64,000 nt of DNA from Macrostomum lignano (taxonomy: Eukaryota), in contig NIVC01000679.1 of the NCBI GenBank assembly GCA_002269645.1, forward strand, positions 1 to 64,000, written 5' to 3'. A program made the translations under genes and the position numbers. This document shows positions 11,301 through 24,900 of this stretch, piece after piece. A model generated the notes under the pieces. That model ran no database searches and had not been told where the DNA came from. It saw only the letters and a program-made list of their open reading frames with translations. Within the stretch, counting starts at the first letter, position 1. Every line of letters begins with the position of its first letter.

Positions 11301-12336
11301 ATGGCCGACCCAGAGCCCTCGTCGAGCAGCAGTGAGTTGACGGCCGCCTCCTCCTCGAACAGGTGCGACAGCGGCAGCCGCGAGAGCGAGTCGCAGTTTG
11401 CATGCGTTTCGGTCGGCCTGAACTCCAGCGTATAGTCGTAGCTCGACAGCCGAATGGCTCAGCACTGCATCCGGGCGGCCGGCCGCGTGTGCCGGGATGC
11501 CCTTGCGCTCGCCAAGCAGACCCAGCAGCGGCAGATTTGGATTGTAGTGCACGACAACCGAGGACTCGAGCAGCAGCCGCTTGGCCTCTGCGAATGCCTG
11601 TTGCTGCGGTGGCCCCCATGACCAGCGAGTGTTCTTGGCCAAGAGCTGGTGGAGCGGCGCCAGACAAGTTGGGCAGGAACTTGCAGTACTGCGCTAGCAT
11701 GCCCAGAAACGAGTGCAGCTGGCTGACGTCCTTGGGTGCTGGCGCGTCCTGGACGGCGGTGACCCGATCCGGCAGCGGCTTGAGTCCGCTGGCATCGATC
11801 CGATGGCTGAGGTACTCAACAGAGTCCTCGAAGAATTTGCATTTCTCCTTGTTGAGTCGTAGGCCGGGGTCCTTAAAGCGCCGCAGGACCAGCGCCAGGT
11901 TCCTCTTGTGCTGTTCCATTGTGCTGCCGGTGACCAGAATGTCTTCGACGAAGATTTGGACGGCGTCCAGGTCTCCCAGAAGGGTGTCCAGGGTGCGTTG
12001 AAAGATCGCGCTGGCGCTCGTGATACCGAATGGGAGGCGATTGACCTGGAAGAGGCCTTTAGACGTGTTGATGGTGAGAAACGCCTTTCTGTCGTCGGCC
12101 AGCGCGGGTGCTGCAAGGTGTTGGACAGTTCGAGCTTGGTCCACTTGAAGCCGCCGCCGAGCTTGGCGAAGAGGTCCTCGATGCGAGGCAGCGGGTAGTG
12201 CTCCGGCTTGCTCGCCGTGTTGTAGGTCGTCAGCTTGTGTAGTCCCCGCAAATCCGAACGCTGCCGTCCTTCTTGACGACCGGCACGATCCGCGCAGCCC
12301 AGTCGCTGTGCTTCACGGCGGTGATGATGCCACTGG
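8376..12336 (-). mobile_element. Decayed, 5'-truncated Ty3/Gypsy LTR retrotransposon pol (RT, RNase H, integrase) interrupted by a nested DNA element
   Basis: RT: VKHSDW...[25 protein letters not shown], YxxNRLPFGITSASAIFQ, FVEDIL (altered YxDD), LNKEKC. Integrase: HQAHSGIIRM...C..CQ, VVVDAHSKWPE, VVSDNGSQFAS, NGQAERFVQVLK. Multiple frameshifts. A PPT-like agggggaag followed by TGT at about 8385-8374 may mark a 3' LTR start. Confidence 0.92.
9046..10627. mobile_element. Non-autonomous foldback/Mutator (MULE)-like DNA transposon with long, tandem-repeat-containing TIRs and a 9-bp TSD
   Basis: TSD aacctctcg at 9037-9045 and 10628-10636. Ends GGGtctacgacgtttgcc and (reverse complement) GGGatagcgacgtttgcc. 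TIRs span about 9046-9637 and 10194-10627, each with a 14-15-bp array (GCCAGCCGACGTTT / GCCTGCGGGACGTTT) and a ~200-bp unique AT-rich part. No transposase ORF in the ~555-bp core. Confidence 0.9.
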
Positions 12337-12407
12337 ACTGAAAACTGAATTGTTTGTTTGATGTGCAGCTACATCACCAGGTCATGCATAAAAGTGCTGC
12401 TAGAGAT

Positions 12408-12655
12408 CAGAGACTACTCAATACTCGGGACGGGAAACGACAATATTTTGGAGGCCGATCTATTAATAACTTACATGTAGTCCTCGAAAAGCATCGCTTG
12501 GATAGGTTTATACCAGACACAAACTCACTGACTACAAGGTAGGGCCTAATCGAAGAATGCTTTTCGAGGACTACGTAAGTTAATGTATTATACAAGTGTT
12601 GTAGATCGGCCTCAAAATATTTTCGTTTCCTGTCCCGAGTATTGAGTAGTCCCTG
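12408..12655. mobile_element. hAT-type MITE, 248 bp
   Basis: TIRs cag(a/g)gactactcaatactcgggac...; near-palindromic body; 8-bp TSD ctagagat (12400-12407) / ttagagat (12656-12663). Confidence 0.85.
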
Positions 12656-13947
12656 TTAGAGATTCCTCTTTGTACGCACCACTCCAAATTTGAGCAAAAA
12701 TTTTGAAGGCCGATTTTCTAATTTCGACCCTGACTCATCAGAAACCGATGCAGGCATCATTTTCTGTCCATTATGATGCATGAGAATGTGCTAATGTACT
12801 GTAATTCTCATGTAATATAAATGTACATGTAATGCAATTCCAAGGGTCCTTGGTAAACCCCCCGGAATTACTCCTTTTGTAACTTATTACCTCTTTGTAA
12901 CTAATTGGCCACCATATAATAGGCCAAATACATGAAGAGCCAACTTGTCAAATGATATACAAATAAATACATTTTCCGCTATCAAATGACACCAAGCTGG
13001 TTGAATTTCAGGTAATCAGGGAATTTCAGGTATCAAAAATCTTTAGGCAAAAGTAACACTACTTTAGACACTAATCAGATTTCTAAAGAAACACCTGCAA
13101 GTAAAAATGCATGCATGCTGACAACCTAAGAGTAACAGGCTTAATTCGAGTTGCTTGGACGCATAGCACCCTTTTGGACACCATGTGAAGATCGCCGCCC
13201 CCGCCCACACTAATGAACTGCTGATTCAGCATATACTACTGTTACTATTTAGTTCTGGCAAGTAGTAGAGTAAAGTTGCTCTTTGGCAAAATGAAGTCTC
13301 AAGACGAAAAGATGTGGAAATGAAAAGATTCCAATTTTATTTAAATCATAGAGTTGTTAAGTGGATATCTGGTGTTATAGAGGCAGACAGCAGTTAAACT
13401 TAAGCTGATTGGCCGTTGTTGATGGCAACAATATAAGATAGTCACAACTGACGATGGAATCAGACGTGGCCTTCTCAAATTCTGTTAGAAAAAAACGCAC
13501 AACCAAGTCCTCTACTGGGAACCATCACCCGGACACAAGGACAGCCATTTAGACCTACCTCAGTGAGCAAAGCAGCCAGACAAATATAATAAGAGGCAGG
13601 AAACAGAGCTCAGCAACATGAAGCCCACACGGTGGGTTCAGAGGTTGACTGCGCCACTGTCACGCGTCTTTGCTCACTGAACAGCACGCACCACAACGAC
13701 TACGAGCTTGGCTCCCGCCACTTCAATTTATGCAACACGCGACTGCAGACCCACCGAAATAAATCGATAGACCAGCAGCACGGATGTAACACTGTCAGTA
13801 ATTTAAATGGTTGATTAAACGTGGTTAAGGACAATAAGCTGGGGGATTTAGAGGAGCGAGTAATAAAAAAAGAGTCCGACGAGCAACTAAAAAGATGATT
13901 AATCAGTTTTTGTAGTTAGCTTCATCTTCGCAGCTTTTATTCACTGT

Positions 13948-15404
<1,457 letters not shown>

Positions 15405-15530
15405 GGTTGATTAGCCTAGAAAGAGGCGTGGAGACTGTAGAAGACAAAACGCTTTGACGAGCTTGAAGTTAGCTGTAGAGCTGGCGATGAGGAGTCTCGG
15501 AGCGGGCTCAGAATTCTCTATTTTATAGAG

Positions 15531-15555
15531 TTGGCCCGGCGTAACCAACGGCAAC
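15531..15555 (-). promoter_or_regulatory. Alpha-tubulin core promoter: TATA box plus RFX X-box
   Basis: TATAAAA on the minus strand at 15537-15531. GTAACC-AAC-GGCAAC at 15541-15555 fits the X-box consensus GTNRCC(N0-3)RGYAAC exactly. Confidence 0.7.
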
Positions 15556-17059
15556 ATGCTATCTGGCCATTATGGGGTGGTTTGCTGTAAAGCCCGCGTT
15601 GCCAATAGCGATGTGTGGGGACGGAAAATGGGTCGGAAGGCGTTGGGCGGGGTTTTTTCAGTCATGTACACTATATCAGTGTACGCTAGTTGTACATTTT
15701 AGATCAAATACAAACCCCCTGTCCCGTACCTCAATTGTCTGCGCTGGCTTTCCACTCCTAGTAGGGGTAGGAAAAATCGATAATTTTGGGCAGTGAAGGG
15801 CTGAGGGGGCTGAAGCCACGCGATGTGACTCACCCTCAGGCTTCAACCCCCCCCCCCTAAATTTCATTTCCAACCCAACCCTGCCTGGCCCCCCAGTGTG
15901 AAGGGAAGGAAGGATTTTCTCTCCCCCAGTCTATGCTTGCTGTCTGTTGGGCCCTGCTGTATTGGTATTGAGGGCGTAGCCAGCCCTTGCTAGATTTCTC
16001 TAGCACCCCACCCTCCCCAAACCACCCTAAGAGACCCACCCATGCGACGCCGGCGCGCCTTGCACTGGATTCAGTGGATTGCCCTCAGCCTCAGCCCACT
16101 CGCTCGCTTACTCACTCGTCTCGTCACTCCCTCCACGCTCACACTGCATGCATGCATGGGACTTCGGCTGTGCAGTAGGCGGGCAGTATGCTACAGCAAT
16201 TACCCCCATGGCCATAGCATAGCCCAATAATTCTGCCCGCTTGCCAGACTCTAGCAGCCCCCTTAGCTGGAGAGGGAGTGAGCCTTGTGGCTATAACTCA
16301 AGTGGGGCCGTTGCCATGGTTCCCGTCCCGTCTCTCCCTCTCCCTCTCTCTTGCTTGCCAATGCCTAACTTGTAGCACAATAGAAGCTAGAACGCTCCTG
16401 GGCTTGGAGTTGTAAACTAAAAAGAATGCATTGCATTGCATCTGCATGCGTTGCCAGCCACAGGCCACAGGCCAAGTAAAGAAATTTCTTTTTATTTCTT
16501 TTCCATTTTTCCATTTCCATTTTACTTATTTCCAATGCAATTTTAATGCTAGCTCTGTTTTTCTCTCCGTCTCCAATGACGCTCGAAACTGAAAAAAAAT
16601 TAGAGCAAGAAATGAAAGATATGGTTTGTCTTTCATTTTAATTCTCTCTACACTCTCAGTTGGAAGTTTTTCCGTTCTAATTCTAGACTAGCTGTTGCAG
16701 CAAATTGCAACAAAAGCCCGAGTCCAACTTCTATCCACTTTAGCGTGCTCTAGAAAAAATATAGAAACTTGAGCAGACACTGGCGACTGCTGAGTGCTGA
16801 GTCATGGTCTATGTGAATATATTATGTGAGTTGCAATGTGTGACCATGGTGATCACACAATTTGTACATCACATCACATTTGATTCCTTTGTACATTGGG
16901 CGCGTGATTTTATAGCTCCTTTAATGGCAGTGTGAATGAGCCTTAACCATACAACTACAGGGAAAGTCTCTATTCACATGTACTATGCAGTGAGCAAATA
17001 TTGCAGTGACAGTGCAGACTATAGCATGCTGCATTTATGATTTAAGGTCATCACCCTCT

Positions 17060-17537
17060 TCCTATGAATCCCTGTGAATCACTGTGATTCCCTGAGAGTC
17101 CTTGTGAGTCCTTGTGAGTCCTTCCCAGAGAGTCTCTGTGATTTCCTTCCTGTGAATCTCTGTGATTCCCTCCTTGTGAATTTATATGATTCCCTCCCTG
17201 TGCGTCCCTGTGATTCCCTACCTGGTGATTCCTGTGAATCTGTGATTTCCTCCCTGTGAATCTGTGATTTCCTCCCTGTGAATCTCTGTGATTCACTGAT
17301 TCCCTTCCTGTGAATCTCTGTGATTCCCTTCCTGTGAATCTCTGTGATTCCCTTTCATGTGAGTCCCTGTGATTCCCTCTCTGTGAGTCCCTGTGATTCC
17401 CCCTGTAATTTCTGTGAATCTCTGTGATTCCCTCCCTGTGAATCTCGTGATTCCCTCCCTGTGAATCTTTGTGATTCCCCCCTGTGAATCTCTGTGATTC
17501 CCTCCATGTGAGTCCCTGTGAGTCTCTGAGATTCCCT
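17060..17537. repeat. Minisatellite, ~24-bp degenerate unit ctgtgaatctctgtgattccctcc
   Basis: Direct inspection. Confidence 0.9.
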
Positions 17538-18116
17538 TCTTTTGTTCCTGCTTGTATTTTTAAATCTTCTGTCTTGAAATTTCAATCTCGCATTTCCTTC
17601 CTCTTGATTTTACCAGACGTGCATGCAAGATGCAAGTACAGTGTAAAAAAGATCATAATCGAAAATATGATACGCTTTGAATTCTTAGCAGGTTAGCTGA
17701 ATCTTCGCATTAATTAATAGGCCAAAGCCCCATGTATACAATCGGTATATATATATATATATATCCAGAGATAATTGAAATGCAGGCAAAGTTTAACTTT
17801 CATGCCTGACTTGCATTTTAATCGTTCAACTTCGAATAGAACTAAAACCAGTCTAGGCTTCGCAACTCAAGCAAATTTCCTTTCTATTTGTTAGTTTATA
17901 AGCCTGTGTTTGCTCCTATATGGTTACAAATTACAATAAATAATATAATTTCAACTGTAGCTGGCATTTGAATCTCAAGTATGTCTTGAATACGTAAACA
18001 ATATATTGAAACTCTTCATTCTTTGATGTAAAATTTCGACTGACTGATGTTACTTGTCAATTTCTAGTTTAGACCGTGAGGGCGGCAAAATCTGGCCTTT
18101 TGAAACTCAGTTTAGC

Positions 18117-19419
18117 GACAGGGGTGTCACCATTGGGGACAGGGGCGCCACCATTGGGACAGGGGCGCCACCATTGGGGACACGGGCGCCACCATTGGGA
18201 CAGGGGCGCCACCATTAGAAACAGGGGCGCGCCACCATTAGGGACAGGGGTGTCACCATTAGGAACAGGGGCGCCACCATTGGGGACAGGGGCGCCACCA
18301 TTGGGACAGGGGCGCCACCATTGGGACAGGGGCGCCACCATTGGGGACACGGGCGCCACCATTCGGACAGGGGCGCCACCATTAGAAACAGGGGCGCGCC
18401 ACCATTAGGGACAGGGGCGCCTGCACCATGCATTCGGGACAGGAGCCCCACCATTAGAGACAGGGGCGCCTCTATTAGGGACAGTGGCGCCTGCACCATT
18501 AGGGACAGGGGCGCCACTATTAGGGACAGGGGCGCCACCATTAGGGACAGGGGAGCCAACATTAGGAACAGGGGCGCCACTATTAGGGACAGGGGAGCCA
18601 ACATTAGGGACAGGGGAGCCAACATTAGGAACAGGGGCGCCACTATTAGGGACAGGGGAGCCAACATTAGGGACAGGGGAGCCAACATTAGGGACAGAGG
18701 AGCCAACATTAGGAACAGGGGCGCCTCTATTAGGGACAGGGGCGCCACCATTAGGGACAGAGGCGCCACCATTAGGGACAGGGGCGCCACCATTAGGAAC
18801 AGGGGCGCCACCATTAGGGACAGGGGTGCTCACCATGCATTCGGGACAGGAGCCCCACCATTAGAGACAGGGGCGCCTCTATTAGGGACAGGGGCGCCTG
18901 CACCATTAGGGACAGGGGCGCCACTATTAGGGACAGGGGCGCCACCATTAGGGACAGGGGAGCCAACATTAGGGACAGGGGAGCCAACATTAGGAACAGG
19001 GGCGCCTCTATTAGGGACAGGGGCGCCAACATTAGGGACAGGGGAGCCAACATTAGGAACAGGGGCGCCTCTATTAGGGACAGGGGCGCCACCATTAGGG
19101 ACAGGGGCGCCACCATTAGGGACAAGGCCCCACCATTTGGGATAGGGGCACCACCATTGGGACAGGGGTGCCTCTATTAGGGACAGGGGCGCCACCATTT
19201 GGGACAGGTGTGCCCACCATTAGGGACAGGGGCGCCTGCACCATTAGGGACAGGGGCGCCTGCACCATTAGGGACAGGGGCGCCACCATTAGGGACAGGG
19301 GCGCCACCATTAGGGACAGGGGCGCCTGCACCATTAGGGACAGGGGCGCCTGCACCATTAGGGACAGGGGCGCCACCATTAGGGACAGGGGCGCCACCAT
19401 TAGGGACAGGGGCGCCACT
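18117..19419. repeat. Minisatellite, 21-bp unit cattagggacaggggcgccac
   Basis: About 60 units. A block of variants starting near 18425 recurs near 18833. Confidence 0.97.
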
Positions 19420-19794
19420 AGAAAACTGTCAAAAATCAATTATAGACGGAAATGAACAAAAGCATTGTTAAAAATCTTTTGCAGTGACCTGTTTGCAGAT
19501 GATAAAACGTATTGAACGGAATTTTGTATATGTTTTTTTTGCCAATTAAAATGATATATATTTATTTGCTATATATTATGCATTTCATAAGGGACTTTGT
19601 AGTACACATCTAGATTTCCCATTTGCCGGAAATGAAGCAGTGATAAATTTCCTGTTATCAATATATTCAGATACAATTCGGATGGACAGTAGAAGCAAAA
19701 GAAAAGATGCATTAGTGAGTAACTCGTATACATGTAACTTTGTGAATTTTGATGTAGTTAAATTTGTGTACTTGTACTTTTGTACTCTTGGAAA

Positions 19795-20165
19795 GGGGTC
19801 ATTAGAGGATCATAAATTAGATCATGAGTGGGTAATTAAAAGGGTCATTAGGGGGTCACTAACTAAAGTTTCATTAGGATATCGTTAAAAGTGTCATGAG
19901 AGGGTCATTAAGAGGGTCATTAGGGGGTCATTAAAAGAGTCGTGAGAAAGTCATTAGGGGGTCATTAAGAGCGTCATTATAGGAGTCATGAAAATGTCAT
20001 TAGCGGGTCGTTAGACTCTTTATAAAAAACCATTAGAGGGTCATTAGAGGTTACTAAGGGGTCATTAAGATGTCGTTAAAGGAGTCATGAGCGGGTCATT
20101 AAGTGGGGTCATTAAAAGAGTCATTAGGGGAGATCTTTAAGGGTCATAAAGGGGTCATGAGAGGT
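19795..20165. repeat. Degenerate short tandem repeat (gggtcattaagag-like)
   Basis: Recurrent gtcatta/gtcatga motif every 12-16 bp. Confidence 0.75.
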
Positions 20166-21057
20166 CAGCGAATACGCCAGTGTCACTATGGCGCAGAGTG
20201 ATGATTCCCAGGCTCTCAAGTTTGAGAGAAATTCTTACACAAATATCTACGATTGCAGCAATATTGTCATGCATAATACACGTGTACATTGCGGTTGCAG
20301 TTATGACAGTCTAAACAACACCATTTCCAAGAAAACCTGGAATTACAGTTGCACAGTAATAAAAGAAACAAAAAAATTGCTGTTTATGATTATGCATTAT
20401 TATAGATTTTCGGATATATAATAAACAGAAAAATGGAATTTTAAACGCATCTAAGGAACTAAACAGTTATATCTAAGACAGCTCATAAAAACCCATTATT
20501 GTATTATTTAGGTTGAAAAGAAATGTATAAAGAGCATAATTTGATTTAAAAGCATTAACTGCTGATAAAGTAAGTGGCCTCAGCTAAGGATAATTTCCAA
20601 AAAGGATTCTCTATGTATTACTAGTAGTAGCGATAAAGTTTTTACCAATCCAGTTTTTATAAAATGTTTTATGACGTCTAAATAAAGTTGCATTTGAGTT
20701 GATGATGCAAGATAAAATAATTGCAGAGCTGTGGTTGAAAAAAAATTGGAGACAAAGAATAATTTAGCAAGTTAACCAGTTTTGAGAATTTTTGAGAATC
20801 TTAAAATCATAAATGTTTTCATTACCGAAGATTTGTCAGCTGTGGGTACATGGGTTCAAAGGTATTGCAAGTTGTTCCCTCCACCGTTGTATTCCTCTAA
20901 GTCCCTTATTTCTTGGAAAAAGTTACCTGGCTCTAAAACGCAGACTTATTCACACACAGTGGTGTACACGCTGTACGCAGTGAGGCCGGGGTCCGTGATC
21001 CTTTAATCCCACGATAGCCACCTCTTGGACACGGCTTCTACATACGGTACTTATGAT

Positions 21058-21880
21058 GAAGAGACAGTGGCTCCCACCTAAGAGACAGTGGAGTCCACCT
21101 AAGAGACAGTGAAGCCCACCTAAGAGACAGTGGCTCTCACCTAAGAGACAGTGGCTCCCACCTAAGAGACAATGGCTCCCACCTAAAAGACAGTGGCTCC
21201 CACCAAGAGACAGTGGAGCCTCACCTAAGAGACAATGGCTCCCACCAAGAGACAATGGCTCCCACCAAGAGACAGTGGCTCCCACCTAAGAGACAGTGGC
21301 TCCCACCTAAGAGACAGTGGCTCCCACCTAAGAGACAGTGGCTCCCACCTAAGAGACAGGCGCCCCCGCTAAGAGACAGTGGCTCCAACCTAAGAGACAG
21401 TGGCTCCCACCTAAGAGACAGTGGCTCCCACCTAAGAGACAGTGGCTCCCACCTAAGAGACAGTGGCTCCCACCTAAGAGACAGGCGCCCCCGCTAAGAG
21501 ACAGTGGCTCCAACCTAAGAGACAGTGGCTCCCACCTAAGAGACAGTGGCTTCCACCTAAGAGATAGGCGCCCCCGCTAAGAGACAGTGGCTTCCACCTA
21601 AGAGACAGTGGCTTCCACCTAAAAGACAGTGGCTTCCACCTAAGAGACAGTGGCTCCCGCCTAAGAGACAGTGGAGCCCACTTAAGAGACAGGGGAGTCC
21701 ACCTAAGAGACAGTGGCTCCCGCCTAAGAGACAGTGGAGCCCACTTAAGAGACAGTGGAGTCCACCTAAGAGCCAGTGGAACCCACCTAAGAGACAATGG
21801 CTTTCACCTAAAAGACAGTGGCTTCCATCTAAGAGACAGTGGAGCCCACCTAAGAGAGAGTGAAGCCCACCTAAGGGACA
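21058..21880. repeat. Minisatellite, 21-bp unit taagagacagtggctcccacc
   Basis: About 39 units, just downstream of the SLC26 stop codon. Confidence 0.97.
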
Positions 21881-21967
21881 GGCTCGTTCCTAAGACACCA
21901 AAGGGTTTCATCCCCTTGGCAAGACAAATTCCTACGCACGCCACAGTTCACACAGAAGCAGTTTCAT

Positions 21968-24900
21968 TTATGCCTTTAAATCAGCGTTATCTTCTGCACT
22001 AGTTTCGATTGCAGCTTCACCGGCGCCATCGTCATCAGCAGCTGGTTGATTGACAGACAAGTTGGCGGCTTGTACAGCAGCGACGGCGCGAGTGTCACCG
22101 CCTTTGGCGGCGGCCTCCCTCTGTTCACACTGCGCGGCAAGGACAGCGTCGTGCACGGAGACGTAGATGATGTCCGGTTCGTTCTTCTCGTAGAAATCGG
22201 AGCGCTGCAGACAGGCTCGAATGCCGCCTGTGATGATTGGTTAATTCGGTAAATGGCATTTTTTACACACTTAAGCAAAAGCTGCAATTAATGACTACCG
22301 TACATGTATGTCTACGGTTGTTCATGGTAGTCATCAGGTAGGTCAGGTAGACAGAACGGTAGCCCCTCCTGATCTGATCTGATCTTGGTACCAAAGTTTC
22401 CGGTTCTGCGGTGCGTCTGTCTGCTTTTGCATGATGTTTATTTGTTATGGGTTCGTGCAATCAATACTGTCTGCCAATGAGAAAGTCAAGGCCGAGGATT
22501 CACAGACAGTGCGCTTATGTAGGAATCTGACAACATGCCTACTATAACGAGCTTTTAGGTGCATCTAGGTGGCAAGGATAGCAGGAGAGGACTTGTGAGT
22601 TTCGTTGCCTGTCTTGCTGGGAATGGATCGCTGCAGGAGCACCAGGAGTTTAACAATTTTTATATCATTGAATTAGGCCAACAGGATACGGGCGTGACTC
22701 TATCTCAAAAAGAATATTCAAAGCAGAAGTCAACGAGCTGGAGTCAGTATTATAATAAAGCAAACGCGTTCTACAATAGAATTGAATACTAGATGACCGC
22801 ACGCGAACAACACAATGTGATTCAATTGAATAGATTTTGGGTTAATTTCAATTTGACGTCTACAGTGTAGATGGCGTGACCGACAAGGGCTAAAAAGTTA
22901 CGGTTAAGGATCGAGAATTTGGTGAAAATCCTGTTTTAGCATAGTTAAGCCTGATACGTCTTCAATATCCTAGGCTAATCATTGAAAAACTCATATTTCT
23001 AGAAAAATCTCACATTTCGGATTCGCCAAGTACACTCGAATGCCGACCTCCTTGTATTCCTGAATTGTCTGATTCAAAGCTCGCACGCCGACGTAGTCAA
23101 TGTAGCCCCAGGTGGAGGCGTCCAAAATCACGTGATCCACCGGCACTGGAGGCCACTGAAGGCCGAATTCTTTCAGAGCCTCGGATCGTTCAGAGTCGGT
23201 CAGTTTAGAAAATTCTTTCTTCAACACCTCCGGCGTTTTTTGCAGCTTCTTAGCCGCTAGTTTAGCGTACTTTTCTGTGAGTTTGCGTCTGGCCAGCAGC
23301 ATCTTGCGCGGATGCACGCCGCTCTTGTGGTACAGACTGTCGCGAAAGTTCTCGGCGCAAGCAAAGTACAACGAGCCCTCGTAGCGAAAGATTTTAACGC
23401 CGTCGACCAATTCGATCTTTGTTAGGGAGGGACATTGTTGAGATGTAATTGAAATAGAAATGCAGCAAAAAACTGTAGCTAACTCAATATTACCTAACAC
23501 CTCATCCGTATGACTTCGACCCTAACTTTTTATAGCTTACTGTTAACTCTATTCAACAATCTAAATGCCAGATACTGTCCGTCATCAGGAATGAACAGAA
23601 TATCAGAAAAGTTGATGACTAGAACGTAGACTATCTGATCGACTCTCTGGAACGCAGACGTCCACAAATGAACCGAAATTTCAGCGTTAAAAACTTCACA
23701 CGGCTCACGGCTTCGCACAAACTGTATATAAGTCTTATCTGTGAGTCACATCATTGACTAAACCAGAAACAAAAATAACGTTATAAAAGTGAAGCAGTGA
23801 CTAATCCAACAATAATCCACAGGTATCGGTAGCAAAATATAGACAGTTAATCTTCACTCCTCCAGCTATTATCTCAGCAGGCCAACCGAAAGACCCTTTG
23901 CTCACGTCATCGTATGCTAGGACGTTCTTGTACAGATCCGTGTCCGGTATGCGACCCAGCATAGAAGAAGTGGGCGACTGAGTTCTAACAATGATGCTGC
24001 AGACAGAGAAGGCCAGTCCGAGGATTAGGCCGTAATCCACTGCCAGGAACACGACGCCTAGACAGGCCACAATCCAGGTCCAGAAATCGTAGGGTGACAG
24101 GCGCCAGAGTACTGGCGCCTCCTTGGCCTGTTCCAGCATCCCTTTGATCGCAACAATGATGATGGCGGAAAGGCAACAGTTCGGTACCGATTCGAAATAT
24201 TTCCCAATAAACAGCAGCACTAGAAGCAGCAGAGTGGACGAGAACAGGGCCGCCACCTGGGTCTTGCCGCCCATGCTGTCTTGAACAGCCGAACGCGACA
24301 ATGAGGTGCCAGCTGGCCAGCAATGGAAGAAGGAGCCGACCGTGTTGCAGATTCCGTAGGCAATGAGCTCCTGTTGAATAAAGGAAAACTGCTTTTTGTT
24401 CGGAACTGCTTGTTCACTTGCTTGTTCGGAACTGCTTGTTCACTTGTGCAACTAGAAAGTCAATTTAGACTCCGATGCAAGCAAGTTTTGGTTCAACTTG
24501 GTATTCTGCTGGCTGAATTCTAAATCACTATCACGTAGTATTAAAACTAAATTTAGTCTTACCTGACTTGGCGCAACTTCATAATTGTGCTTCTTGCCGA
24601 ATATCTTAGCTAGCGAGACGCAAACTGAGAAGGCTATGATGGCGATGGTGACAATTTCAATGGCCATTGAGGCTCGAAGGATGCTGAAGTCCGGCAGCTC
24701 TGGTGGTGGAATTCTATTTGGGGCACATAATTAAATAAATGATTGCAGGAACTAATATGAATAGTTGAAAATGCTGGCTGCGAGGTACAGTAGGTGATGG
24801 CCTTTATTACATATGCTTGGTGAAGTTACAGCAGCAACTGAAAGCTCTGAAGGGAGGGGCAGCAGGCACTGAAAGCTCTGAAGGGAGGGGCAGCAGGCAC

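Noticed and set aside
18069-21797. Pro/Gly/Leu-rich repetitive ORFs on both strands
   Set aside because: Products of the 21-bp minisatellites; indel variants shift frames.
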